Below, piece after piece: positions 1 through 9,464 of a DNA stretch of 64,000 bases. The DNA comes from an uncultured delta proteobacterium (GTDB lineage: Bacteria; Myxococcota_A; Polyangia; Polyangiales; Polyangiaceae), in assembly GCA_963716725.1 (NCBI GenBank), contig CAVQUB010000008.1:96001-160000 (forward strand), in the 5' to 3' direction. The notes under the pieces were generated by a model. That model searched no databases. It saw nothing but the letters and a program-made list of their open reading frames with translations, and was not told the origin of the DNA. Both the position numbers and the translations under genes were made by a program. Positions within the stretch are counted from its first letter, which is position 1. Every line of letters begins with the position of its first letter.

Positions 1-657
1 CCCGGTGTCGGCGTCCACGTGGGTCGCATAGAGCGATGGCACGTAGACGCCCTCGAGGTTCGCCAGTCGCACGAGGCGCGCCCGGCGGCCGAGGCCCTCG
101 CGCTTCGCTGACGTCCAGCAGAGGGCGATCTCGGCCGCGGCCTCCTCGCCGTCGCCGATCAAGAAGGCGTCGATGAAGTCCGCCATCGGCTCGGCATGGG
201 TGGCCACGGGACCGCCGGCGATCACCAGCGGGTGCTCGTCACTGCGATCGGCGCTGCGGAGCGGGATGCCGCCCAGGTCGAGCATGGTCAGGATGTTCGT
301 GTACGTGAGCTCGAACTGAAGCGAGAAACCGACCACGTCGAAATCCGAGAGCGGCCTCCCGCTCTCGAGAGACACCAGCGGCAGCTGCCTCGTGGTGAGC
401 TCGGCTTGGAGATCGACCCAGGGCGTGTAGCAACGCTCGGCCAAGGTGCGCGGATCGTCGTTGAGGATCTTGTAGAGGATGCGATAGCCCAGGTGGCTCA
501 TGCCGATGTCGTAGACGTCGGGAAAGGCCAGGCAGATCCGCGCCTGCACGGCGCTCCAGTCCTTGCGCCGGCTGCCGTGCTCGCGGCCGGTGTAGCGGGT
601 GGGCTTCTCGACCTTCTGCAAGAAGGCGGCGTAGGGATGATCGAGCAGGGCGGTCAC
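1..657 (-). CDS. B12-binding-like radical SAM protein (TIGR03960-like), N-terminal part; runs off the window start
   Basis: Manual translation from GTG at 657: VTALLDHPYAAFLQKVEKPTRYTGRE...ICLAFPDVYDIGMSHLGYRILY...GFSLQFELTYTNILTMLDLGGIP...GDGEE. Not in the ORF track because there is no stop codon in the window. Confidence 0.85.
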   Translation of the reverse strand, partial: MTALLDHPYAAFLQKVEKPTRYTGREHGSRRKDWSAVQARICLAFPDVYDIGMSHLGYRILYKILNDDPRTLAERCYTPWVDLQAELTTRQLPLVSLESGRPLSDFDVVGFSLQFELTYTNILTMLDLGGIPLRSADRSDEHPLVIAGGPVATHAEPMADFIDAFLIGDGEEAAAEIALCWTSAKREGLGRRARLVRLANLEGVYVPSLYATHVDADTG

Positions 658-903
658 GGAAATGTGGGCGATACGTAGCCCAAAACCGCCGACTGCGAAG
701 TCCCGTACGCAACAATTATTGGATTTTGTCGGGGGATTCAGCGGCGAGTTCGCGTATACCGCCCTGTGGAGGTCCCCGAGTTGCAGCAAATTGGGCCCTC
801 CGAGGGCTGCGCGGGGATGATTTCGCGTAGCTAGCCGGCGTACCCCACCCCGCAACGGAAACTCATTCACGCGCCGGTTCTCGTGTACCAGGAGGAAAAC
901 TAA

Positions 904-1668
904 ATGATCCGTCGAATTTCGTCACTCGCTTTGGGACTTGCATTTGTGTTCACCGCCGCCGGGGCCTTTGCCGAAGAGGCCGCCGAAGAGGGCGGTGGCG
1001 GCGAAGAGAAGGCTGCGGACGCGCCGGCCGGCGACGAGAAGCCCGCGGGTGATGCCGCCGGCGGAGGCGAGGCCAAGGCCGAAGGCGCCGCCGAGATGAG
1101 CGGACCCCCGGACGCGGGCGGCAAGATCAAGGTCGGCCTGCGCGCCGGCTACTCGCTCCCCATGGGCGACGCGGTCAAGGACGGCAAGATGAGCGACGGC
1201 GTGAGCGGCGCCATCCCGCTGCAGCTCGACCTCGGCTACATGGTCACCCCGAACATCATGGTCGGCTTGTACGGGTCGTACGCCATCGTCATGCTCTCTT
1301 CAGACACCAAGGACCTGTGCGACGCCGCCAAGGTGGATTGCTCCGCCAGCCAGATCCGTGTCGGTCTGCAGGGCCAGTATCACCTGTCGCCGGGCCAGTC
1401 CCTGGACCCCTGGTTCGGTCTCGGCTTCGGCCTCGAAATGGTCGACCAGAAAGCAGGGGACACCAAGAGTGGCCTCAGCGGCTTCGAGTTCGTCAACGTG
1501 ATGGCGGGCGCCGATTTCAAGGCCACCGACAGCATCGCCGTCGGTCCCTTCGTGAACTTCTCCGTTGGCCAGTACTCGAAGACGACTGGCGACAACGGCG
1601 CGGACATCAAGGACAAAGCCATGCACCAGTGGCTGACCCTCGGTATCAAGGGCACGATGGGCTTCTGA
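904..1668 (+). CDS. Outer-membrane beta-barrel protein (OmpA/porin-like)
   Basis: Signal peptide, acidic linker, alternating beta-strands, C-terminal Phe; AGGAGG Shine-Dalgarno upstream. Confidence 0.75.
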   Translation: MIRRISSLALGLAFVFTAAGAFAEEAAEEGGGGEEKAADAPAGDEKPAGDAAGGGEAKAEGAAEMSGPPDAGGKIKVGLRAGYSLPMGDAVKDGKMSDGVSGAIPLQLDLGYMVTPNIMVGLYGSYAIVMLSSDTKDLCDAAKVDCSASQIRVGLQGQYHLSPGQSLDPWFGLGFGLEMVDQKAGDTKSGLSGFEFVNVMAGADFKATDSIAVGPFVNFSVGQYSKTTGDNGADIKDKAMHQWLTLGIKGTMGF

Positions 1669-1691
1669 TCCCGACCTGATCCTCGCGCGCG

Positions 1692-1729
1692 AGCGCCGTC
1701 CCGCTGGTCGGGGCGGCGCTTTCGTGTTT
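1692..1729 (+). terminator. Probable intrinsic terminator
   Basis: AGCGCCGTCCCG-ctggt-CGGGGCGGCGCT hairpin followed by TTCGTGTTT. Confidence 0.5.
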
Positions 1730-1738
1730 CCGGGCGCC

Positions 1739-2416
1739 ATGATCCAAACCCGCATCACCGATCGCCTCCAGTGGGCCCCAGGCCTCGTGACGCTGAAGCT
1801 CGAGGGCAGCCTCGAGCCCTTCGAGGCCGGGCAGTGGACCAACCTCGCCCTGGAAATCGACGGCGAGAGCGTGCGCCGCGCGTATTCGCTGGCCTCGGCG
1901 CCGGGCGCGCCGCCGGAGCTCTTCGTATCCCTGGTGCCCGGCGGGCGCTTCACTCCGCGGCTGCTCGATCTGCGCCCCGGAGACGCGCTTCAGATCGATC
2001 CGCGCCCCCAGGGCTTCTTCACGTTGAAGTGGCTGCCGGAGGCCAAGGAGCTTTGGATGCTGGCGACCGGCACGGGGATCGCGCCCTTCGTCTCCATCTT
2101 GCGCCAGGGCGAGGTCTTCTCGCGCTTCGACCGCGTCGTTCTGGTGCATGGCGTGCGCGACGAGAGCCAGCTGGCGTACCGCGATGAGATCGCGGGGCTG
2201 GGGGCGAAGCACCTGCCCGCGGTGAGCCGAGCGCAGGGCCGGATCACTGCGCTGATCGAGCGCGGCGAGCTCGACATCGATCCCGCCCGAGCGCACGTGA
2301 TGTTGTGCGGCAACCCCGCGATGATTGACGAAGTGAGCGGGATGCTGGAGCAGCGTGGCTTGCGCAAGCACCGGCAGCGCAAGCCCGGCCACGTCACCGC
2401 CGAGAGCTACTGGTGA
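1739..2416 (+). CDS. fpr: Ferredoxin(flavodoxin)-NADP+ reductase
   Basis: RAYSLAS FAD motif, LATGTGIAPF, LCGNPAM, C-terminal aromatic (ESYW). Confidence 0.9.
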   Translation: MIQTRITDRLQWAPGLVTLKLEGSLEPFEAGQWTNLALEIDGESVRRAYSLASAPGAPPELFVSLVPGGRFTPRLLDLRPGDALQIDPRPQGFFTLKWLPEAKELWMLATGTGIAPFVSILRQGEVFSRFDRVVLVHGVRDESQLAYRDEIAGLGAKHLPAVSRAQGRITALIERGELDIDPARAHVMLCGNPAMIDEVSGMLEQRGLRKHRQRKPGHVTAESYW

Positions 2417-2417
2417 C

Positions 2418-3173
2418 TCAGGTCACGGGTCGGCGCGTGCTCGTGATGGCGCCCCAGGTGTCGTCCTTCTGCCGCTGGTCCACCCGCACCACCTGCACGT
2501 GCAAGATCACGCGGGTCACCTTCGAGGTGACCACCAGCCGCGGGCGCTTGTTCGAGTCGCGGGTCTGAAACACGGCCTCGGAGCCCGGCGTCGGCAGCGG
2601 GAAGGTCAGCTCGTTGTTGTCGTTGACCCTGCGCTGTCCGCCCACCAGCTGCCCACCGATGAACGGGTGCTTGGTGTCGTTCTGTCCCGTCGCCAGATCG
2701 ATGACCTCGGTGCAGACCAGCGTGGGATCCAGGGAATAGACCCGGTTCTTGGTCCAGACCTCGTAGGCCGGCGGTGCGCGTCGCGCGGCGTTCGGTGAGA
2801 GCTTTCGGACTTCGACCTCGACTGGCGGACGCTCGACTCGCGGCGACGCCACCGGGGACGAGCGCTCCGGCGGCACGACGCCGCCCGCAGCAAGATCGAA
2901 GTTCGGCGGTGGGCCAATGTGCGTCTGCCCGGGCGGTGGGCGCGAGGTGCGCTGCTTCTTGGGAGCGCCCGGGGAGATCTCCTCTACGGTTCGCTCCACC
3001 TCCCAGTCCGGCGGCACCTGTTCGTCGGGCGCGGCATTGAGCTCCCACCCCGCGGGTGCTCCGACGGTCGTGGTCTCGACTTCCCAACCTGGGATAGCGG
3101 TGCCGACGTGGGTCGCCTCGACCCCCGCGAGGGGCTGCGTCTTGGTCTTTCCTTTTCGACGCTCGCTCATCAC
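2418..3173 (-). CDS. Hypothetical protein with low-complexity N-terminus and globular C-terminal domain
   Basis: ORF with host-like codon bias; three (P)xWE(V/L) repeats; C-terminal YEVWTKNRVY...C.EV.D domain. Confidence 0.65.
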   Translation of the reverse strand: MMSERRKGKTKTQPLAGVEATHVGTAIPGWEVETTTVGAPAGWELNAAPDEQVPPDWEVERTVEEISPGAPKKQRTSRPPPGQTHIGPPPNFDLAAGGVVPPERSSPVASPRVERPPVEVEVRKLSPNAARRAPPAYEVWTKNRVYSLDPTLVCTEVIDLATGQNDTKHPFIGGQLVGGQRRVNDNNELTFPLPTPGSEAVFQTRDSNKRPRLVVTSKVTRVILHVQVVRVDQRQKDDTWGAITSTRRPVT

Positions 3174-3180
3174 GTCCTCG

Positions 3181-4092
3181 TCAGTCGATCACGACGCCCA
3201 GCGAGAACCGCCCCAACAGGTAGACGGGATGCAACCCGCCGTTCACGTTCGCCAGCGCGGTGGTGTTCCGGTCGATGGAGATCAAGAGCTGGCCGTCGCA
3301 GCCCGAGGTCTTGGCGTCGGTCTTGGGAGTCGCCGGCGGCTCGGGATAGCAGCGCTCTTGCTTGTTGAGCTCCACGCCCAGGCCAATGCCCGCCGACAGG
3401 GTGAAGAACCCCCAACGCGAGTGAGAGCCGAAGAACCCGTACAGCTGTCGTTCGGTGTGCTTGAGCGAGTCGATCTCTCCGGCGTCGTCCGCGGTCCGGT
3501 ACTCGTAGCCGTAGTTGGTCAGGATCACCCGCAGCACGTGTCCCTCGAAGGGCTTGCCTTCGAGCCAAAAGCCCAGACCCAAGGACGCTCCGGACATCGA
3601 GCCAAGGCCGTTCGAGTGCTGCGTGAGCTCCTCGTCGACGCCCCGGAGGTTCATGAGCGGCGGCTGATCGTTGACGACGAACACGGGCACCAGCTCGAAG
3701 CTCATGAAGTCGAGCAGCCCTACTTCGAGCTCGAAGCCGAGTCGGCCTTGCAAGAGCCAGTTGAAGGGGTCGACGCGGAACGAGAGCGGCGGCATCTCGA
3801 AGCCGCTGTCCGGCTTCTTGGGCGGTGGCGGTGGTGGTCCGCCGTAGTAACCCTGAGGCGGTTGCCCGTAGCCCTGGGGCGGCGGTTGCCCGTAGCCCTG
3901 GGGCGGCGGTTGCCCGTAGCCCTGGGGCGGCGGTTGCCCGTAGCCCTGGGGCGGCGGTTGCCCGTAGCCCGGAGGCGGCGGTTGCCCGTAGCCCGGAGGC
4001 GGCGGTTGCCCGCCGTACTGAGCGTTCGCCGCGCTCGAGGCCAAGGCGACCGCGAGCGACGCTGCGCCCGCCGTCACGATCGAAACACGCAT
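3181..4092 (-). CDS. Exported protein with PPPQGYGQ repeats and a probable beta-barrel
   Basis: Signal peptide, Pro/Gly/Tyr/Gln repeats, amphipathic beta-strands. Confidence 0.7.
   Translation of the reverse strand: MRVSIVTAGAASLAVALASSAANAQYGGQPPPPGYGQPPPPGYGQPPPQGYGQPPPQGYGQPPPQGYGQPPPQGYGQPPQGYYGGPPPPPPKKPDSGFEMPPLSFRVDPFNWLLQGRLGFELEVGLLDFMSFELVPVFVVNDQPPLMNLRGVDEELTQHSNGLGSMSGASLGLGFWLEGKPFEGHVLRVILTNYGYEYRTADDAGEIDSLKHTERQLYGFFGSHSRWGFFTLSAGIGLGVELNKQERCYPEPPATPKTDAKTSGCDGQLLISIDRNTTALANVNGGLHPVYLLGRFSLGVVID
3850..4020 (-). repeat. 24-bp coding tandem repeat, about 7 copies (PPP[Q/P]GYGQ)
   Basis: GGCGGTTGCCCGTAGCCCTGGGGC repeated on the + strand. Confidence 0.9.
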
Positions 4093-4111
4093 GCCCGGAG
4101 TGTACCAGGGA

Positions 4112-5137
4112 TCAGGGGTCGTTCTTGACGAATTGCTCGAAGGTCTCGACGTCGTGCTTCGAGCCGACGATGAGCGGGACCCGAGCGTGAAGCTCGCTTG
4201 GAACCACGTCGAGGACCCGCCCGCGACCCGTGCTGGCCCGCCCGCCCGCGGCCTCGAAAATCAGCGCCATCGGGTTCGCTTCGTAGAGCAGCCGCAGCTT
4301 TCCGCCAGGGTTCTTGCTGTCCGCCGGGTAGGCGAAGATGCCACCCTTGAGCAGCGTCCGGTGGGCGTCCGCGACCAACGAGCCGACGTAACGGTGGGAG
4401 TAGGGCCGTCCCTCCGCCGCATTCTCGGCCTTGAGGTGGTTGGCCCAGCGCTTCACGCCCTCGGGCCAACGCACGGTGTTGCCTTCGTTCACGGAGTAGA
4501 TGTTGCCCCGCGTGGGGCAGCGGATGTTCTCGTGCGAGAGGAAGAACTCACCCGCGGAGGGATCCCAGGTGAAGCCGTGCACGCCCTCGCCGGTCGAGAG
4601 CACGAGCACCGTCGAGGTGCCGTAGATCACGTAACCCGCCGCCGCATACTCCTTGCCCGGGATCAGGAAGCTCTGCTCAGTGAGCTCGGCGTCCGACTCC
4701 AGGCGCAGGATGCCAAAGATGGTCCCGATCGAGACGTCGACGTCGATGTTGCTGGAGCCGTCGAGCGGATCGACGACGACGAGATAACCGCCCCGCGCCT
4801 TCGGGAACCAGATCGCCTCGTCGTTCTCCTCACTCGCGATGCCCATGCAGTGCCCACGGCGACGGAGCACGTTGATCATCGTCTCGTTCGCGATCATGTC
4901 GAGCTTCTGCACGCTCTCGCCCTGAACGTTGGTGTCGCCCGTGTAGCCGAGCACGTCGGCGAGGCCGGCGCGGCGCACGCGGCCGGTGATGAGCTTGGCC
5001 GCGAGGCTGATCTGGTTGAGCAGCGAGGTGAAGGTCCCCGTCGCGCCAGGCACCTTGAACATGCCTTCCAAGATGAAGGTCTCGAGCGTCGCTCCCGCCT
5101 GCGACGCGTCCGGCGGGCTCCAAGAAGTGTGGGTCAT
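4112..5137 (-). CDS. fbp: Fructose-1,6-bisphosphatase class 1
   Basis: NVQGE.VQKLD, ASEE, DPLDGSSN, RYVGSLVAD, KLRLLYEANP motifs. Confidence 0.95.
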   Translation of the reverse strand: MTHTSWSPPDASQAGATLETFILEGMFKVPGATGTFTSLLNQISLAAKLITGRVRRAGLADVLGYTGDTNVQGESVQKLDMIANETMINVLRRRGHCMGIASEENDEAIWFPKARGGYLVVVDPLDGSSNIDVDVSIGTIFGILRLESDAELTEQSFLIPGKEYAAAGYVIYGTSTVLVLSTGEGVHGFTWDPSAGEFFLSHENIRCPTRGNIYSVNEGNTVRWPEGVKRWANHLKAENAAEGRPYSHRYVGSLVADAHRTLLKGGIFAYPADSKNPGGKLRLLYEANPMALIFEAAGGRASTGRGRVLDVVPSELHARVPLIVGSKHDVETFEQFVKNDP

Positions 5138-5298
5138 CGCGCTCCTCAATCTCGTTTCGTGGCCGCTGTTGAAAGGCCGTCGATAAGGATCTACGTTCCT
5201 GGCCCGCAGACAAGCGGGGCCGCGCGGCTCACCTGAGCGAGCCGCCCAAGAGACCCGAAACCAGTACCGCCTTCTCGGCGTGCGAAGGGAAAAATGAC

Positions 5299-6213
5299 AT
5301 GGCTACCGACCGCGTGAAGGAAATCTTGTCCTGGTACGGCTCCGACAACCCGGGGACCAAGACCAACATCGCACGCTTGCTGAACACCGGCGCCCTCGCC
5401 GGAACGGGCAAGATGGTGATTCTCCCTGTCGACCAGGGCTTCGAGCACGGGCCGGTGCGATCGTTCGCCGTGAACCCCGACGCTCACGATCCGGAGTACC
5501 ACTTCCGGCTCGGCATCGACGCGGGGTGCAACGCTTACGCGGCGCCGCTCGGGTTTTTGGAGGCCTGTGCCGACAAGTACGCCGGGCAAATCCCGCTGAT
5601 CCTCAAGCTCAACAACAGCGACTCGCTCTCGAAGGTCGAGCCCTGCTCGGCGCTGACCGGCAGCGTGGACGACGCGCTGCGCCTCGGCTGCTCTGGCATC
5701 GGCTACACCATCTACCCCGGGTCGGGGCTTCGCAATCAGATGTTTCAGGATCTGAAGGAGCTCACCTACGAGGCCAAGGCCAAAGGGCTCGCCGTCGTGA
5801 CCTGGGCCTACCCCCGCGGCGAGGGCATCAGCAAAGAGGGCGAGACCGGTATCGACATCGCCGCCTACGCCGCCCACATCGCGGCTCAACTCGGCTCGCA
5901 CCTGATCAAGATCAAGCCGCCGACCGCGCACATCGAGCAGGCCGAGGCGAAGAAGGCCATCGAGAAAGCCAAGATCCCGGTGGCCACCCTGGCCGACCGC
6001 GTGCGCTACTGCGTGCAGGCGGCCTTCGGCGGCAAGCGCATCGTGATCTTCTCGGGCGGAGCGGCCAAAGGCACCGACGAGGTCATCGAAGAGATCCGGC
6101 AGATCAACGCCGGCGGCGGATTCGGCTCGATCGTCGGGCGAAACGCCTTCCAGCGGCCGCGGGCCGAGGGCATCGACCTGCTCAAGAAGATCATCGCCGT
6201 CTACAAGGGCTGA
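5299..6213 (+). CDS. fbaB: Class I fructose-bisphosphate aldolase (DhnA/FbaB type)
   Basis: ILPVDQGFEHGP, WAYPRG, Schiff-base Lys in LIKIK, GRNAFQR. Confidence 0.9.
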   Translation: MATDRVKEILSWYGSDNPGTKTNIARLLNTGALAGTGKMVILPVDQGFEHGPVRSFAVNPDAHDPEYHFRLGIDAGCNAYAAPLGFLEACADKYAGQIPLILKLNNSDSLSKVEPCSALTGSVDDALRLGCSGIGYTIYPGSGLRNQMFQDLKELTYEAKAKGLAVVTWAYPRGEGISKEGETGIDIAAYAAHIAAQLGSHLIKIKPPTAHIEQAEAKKAIEKAKIPVATLADRVRYCVQAAFGGKRIVIFSGGAAKGTDEVIEEIRQINAGGGFGSIVGRNAFQRPRAEGIDLLKKIIAVYKG

Positions 6214-6311
6214 AGCCAAAGCCATAACCTGCTTGAAGCTCCTCGGGTGTGGGTGGCAGTATCGCGCCCCCGCTCCCGGCCGCCGCCGGGCGCCCGAGGA
6301 GAGATCGAGCC

Positions 6312-7790
6312 ATGGCCTTGAACATTCAGACGGCGTCGGGAGATCCCACCAACGCCGCAGTCGACCTCATCGCAGTGCTCGTCACCGAGGGAGCGCTCGA
6401 CAAACAGAAGATCGTCGCTGACCTCGACAAGGCGCTGGGAGGCTCGCTGCTCCAAAACGCCAAGATCGCGGAGTTCACCGGCAAGCCCGATCAGTCCCTC
6501 GACCTGCCCACCATGGGCCGAATCAAGGCCCGCCGCGTGCTCCTGCTTGGCGTCGGCGCCAAGCGCTCGCCCGATCACGCGCGCCTGCGGGCGGCGGCGG
6601 CAACTGCGACGCGTGTCGCTCAGGCAGCCAAGGCCAAGAGCCTGGCGCTCGCCCTTCCGCTCGACGGGGTCGACCTGCGCGTCGTGGCCGAGGGAGTCGG
6701 CCTCGGTGCTTACCGCTTCACCAAGTACATGACCGGCGATCGCGTCCCCAAGACCGCCGTCAAGGACGTGAAGCTCTTCGTTCTCAAGCAGGCCCAGTCG
6801 GACAAGGCGGCGATCGAGCTCGGCTCGAAGATCGCCGACGCCATTTGCGTCGCGCGCGACGCGGTGAATGAGCCGCCGAATGAGCTCAACCCCGAAGCGC
6901 TCGCGCGCATCGCGCGCGGCCTCGCGAAGAAGGGCGGGCTCGGCATCAAGGTCCTCGACAAGAAGGGCATCGCCGCGGCCGGAATGAAGCTGCACTACGC
7001 CGTGGGTCAGGGCAGCGCCAACGAGCCGCGCTTCATCCACCTGTCCTATGTGCCGAAGAAACCCAAGAAGAAGCTGATCTTCGTGGGCAAGGGCCTTACC
7101 TTCGACTCCGGCGGGTTGTGCATCAAGCCCGCGCCGGGCATGGGCGAAATGAAGAGCGACATGGGCGGTGCGGGCGCGGTGCTCGGGCTGATGGCCGCGG
7201 TGTCGGCGCTGAAGCCTAGCGTCGAGGTGCACGGCATCATCGGCGCCGCCGAGAATATGCCGGACGCCGAGGCCTATCGCCCGGGCGATATCTTCGGCTC
7301 GCTCGACGGCAAGACCGTGGAGATCGTCAACACCGACGCCGAGGGCCGCTTGGTGTTGGCGGACGCGCTGACCTACGCGACGCGGCTCAACCCCGACCTC
7401 CTGATCGACGCCGCGACGCTCACGGGCGCTTGCATGGTCGCGCTGGGCAAGACCTGCTCGGCCTTCTACACCAGCGACGAGAAGCACGCGCGCGACCTCG
7501 AGGCGTCTGCCAAGGAGGCCGGCGAGCAGTTCTGGCGCATGCCGCTGCTCGAGGACCTGAAGGAGCAGCTCAAGAGCGACGTCGCTGATCTGAAGCACGT
7601 GGGTGACCGCTGGGGTGGATCCATCAGTGCTGCGCTCTTCCTCCGCGAGTTCGTGGGCAAGGCGCCGTGGATCCACTGTGACATCGCGGGACCCGTGCTC
7701 TTCGACGCTGCCAAAGGCGCCTACCCCAAGGGCGCCACGGGGCACGCGGTGCTCACGTTCTTGAAGATCATCGAGAACGCAGCGCGCTAG
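6312..7790 (+). CDS. pepA: Leucyl aminopeptidase (M17)
   Basis: GKGLTFDSGG, MKSDMGG, NTDAEGRL, DAATLTGA. Confidence 0.95.
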   Translation: MALNIQTASGDPTNAAVDLIAVLVTEGALDKQKIVADLDKALGGSLLQNAKIAEFTGKPDQSLDLPTMGRIKARRVLLLGVGAKRSPDHARLRAAAATATRVAQAAKAKSLALALPLDGVDLRVVAEGVGLGAYRFTKYMTGDRVPKTAVKDVKLFVLKQAQSDKAAIELGSKIADAICVARDAVNEPPNELNPEALARIARGLAKKGGLGIKVLDKKGIAAAGMKLHYAVGQGSANEPRFIHLSYVPKKPKKKLIFVGKGLTFDSGGLCIKPAPGMGEMKSDMGGAGAVLGLMAAVSALKPSVEVHGIIGAAENMPDAEAYRPGDIFGSLDGKTVEIVNTDAEGRLVLADALTYATRLNPDLLIDAATLTGACMVALGKTCSAFYTSDEKHARDLEASAKEAGEQFWRMPLLEDLKEQLKSDVADLKHVGDRWGGSISAALFLREFVGKAPWIHCDIAGPVLFDAAKGAYPKGATGHAVLTFLKIIENAAR

Positions 7791-7798
7791 GGGGAGTC

Positions 7799-8545
7799 AT
7801 GCGCGGGGCCCTGCGCCGAGCTGCGGCGGGCGGGCTGTGCATGACCGCGGTGGCGGTCGCGCCCCCCGGCGATGCGCACCTGCGCTTCCCAGCGGTGAAG
7901 GCCGAGCGCTGGATCGAGCTTCGTCTGGCCGAGGAGCCGATCCGTATCGGCTACCGAATCGGCTTCGGCGCGGCCCTCGCGGCCGAGGTCCGCAAGCGCG
8001 CGGACCGCGACGGAGACTTCGAGATCAGCGCCGCCGAGGGCAACGCGGCCCTCGATGCGCGATCCGCGGAGCTGCTCGCGTCGCTCTCGGTGTGCACCGG
8101 GGCGGTGCTCGAGGAGGTCAGTTGCCGGCGCCTCTCCCTGCGCGACATCGAGCGAGTCGAAGCCGAGGGTTGGGCGCCGGAAGACAGCGGGCACCTGCAC
8201 TTCTCTTGGACGATCAGGCTCGGCGAGCGTGCGACCGAGATCGGCGCGCTGCGCTTCGAAGACGACTACTCCGTCTCGGGAGTCGAGATCAGCGACGTGC
8301 AGATCGATCGCCCGGCGCACACGCCGCTCCTGCGCGCCGGCGACGCTGGCCGCGCCGAAGGAGTGGCGGCGAGCTTCAATTGGATCGAGCGACTCCGAGA
8401 GCCCGGGCCGCGGGTGGTGATCGCGGCCTGGGCGCCGCCCCGCGCTCGACCCTTCGGTGTGCTGCTGGTTTTGGTGCTCGCGCTCCTCGCGACCTTCGCG
8501 GCCTGGACCGCGCGCCGCCGCAGTCGCCGCTCCGAGGGGATCTGA
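7799..8545 (+). CDS. Exported protein with C-terminal membrane anchor
   Basis: Signal-like N-terminus, EF-hand-like DRDGDFEISAAE, C-terminal TM helix plus Arg cluster. Confidence 0.6.
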   Translation: MRGALRRAAAGGLCMTAVAVAPPGDAHLRFPAVKAERWIELRLAEEPIRIGYRIGFGAALAAEVRKRADRDGDFEISAAEGNAALDARSAELLASLSVCTGAVLEEVSCRRLSLRDIERVEAEGWAPEDSGHLHFSWTIRLGERATEIGALRFEDDYSVSGVEISDVQIDRPAHTPLLRAGDAGRAEGVAASFNWIERLREPGPRVVIAAWAPPRARPFGVLLVLVLALLATFAAWTARRRSRRSEGI

Positions 8546-8561
8546 GCTAGCCTCTCGGCGA

Positions 8562-9269
8562 ATGTCGATCGGCAAGGTGGAGCGAGCGCGTGCGCTGGCG
8601 ACGCGCTCCAACATGCTGCTGCCCGGCTTGCTCGCTTGGGTGAGCACCGTGGGGGCGCCCGCCTTCGAGCGTGGCGTCAGCACTGGGCCGCGCATTTCCG
8701 CCTGCGCTGCCCTCGCGGCCATGATCGCCGGACCGTTCTTGTCGGCCACGCACCCCTGGGTGAGTCGCGCCGTCGGCATTCACGCCACCGTCGTCTTGTG
8801 TCTGGTCACTTGGCTCTCGCTCGGCCCGACCATCGGAGTTCACCACCTCGAGCCGGTGCGTGCGGCCATCGGCGCGGTCGCCTGGGTGCTGTTCGCCTTT
8901 GGCTGGGGCGCAACGCGCGCTCCCGGCGTGCCCGAGGACGATCCGCGGGCCATTCATGGCGCGCCGTTGCCGGCCCGAAGTCAGCTCCCGGCGGGCGCGA
9001 CCCCGATCTTCGTCATCGGGTTGCTCGGGGCTGCGCTGACGCTCTTTGCCGCGTGGCGGGTCGCCCGCCCGAGTCATGCGCTGCTGTCCCACTCGGCGGC
9101 CGTCGTGTGTGCAATAGCGCTGGTGCTGAGCGCAGCAAAGATCGCGGTGGATCGTCAAGACTGGAGGCCGCTGACACCCCCGACGGCCCGCCTGGGCGCG
9201 GCCGTGCGTCCGCTCACCCTGCTGGCGATCGCGCTGATCGTGCGCTTCGCCTGGATGTTCGTCGAGTAG
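8562..9269 (+). CDS. Multi-pass membrane protein
   Basis: Several hydrophobic helices; operon-like spacing. Confidence 0.6.
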   Translation: MSIGKVERARALATRSNMLLPGLLAWVSTVGAPAFERGVSTGPRISACAALAAMIAGPFLSATHPWVSRAVGIHATVVLCLVTWLSLGPTIGVHHLEPVRAAIGAVAWVLFAFGWGATRAPGVPEDDPRAIHGAPLPARSQLPAGATPIFVIGLLGAALTLFAAWRVARPSHALLSHSAAVVCAIALVLSAAKIAVDRQDWRPLTPPTARLGAAVRPLTLLAIALIVRFAWMFVE

Positions 9270-9270
9270 A

Positions 9271-9462
9271 GTGGGAGCCGTGGCCCGAGTTGTCGACGTC
9301 GTCAGTGTCGTGCTCCTGGTCGCGGCGGCCGGCGCGTTCGCCATGGGTGTGAACGCGCTCGGCGATCGCCGTGACCTCGACGCGCTGTATTGGTTGGCCG
9401 TCGGCGGTCTCACGCTTCGTTCCGCGACGGACATGCTTCGTCCGAAAGGCGCGTCACGCTGA
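9271..9462 (+). CDS. Small two-TM membrane protein
   Basis: 63-aa ORF with two hydrophobic segments, tightly packed between its neighbours. Confidence 0.55.
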   Translation: MGAVARVVDVVSVVLLVAAAGAFAMGVNALGDRRDLDALYWLAVGGLTLRSATDMLRPKGASR

Positions 9463-9464
9463 GC

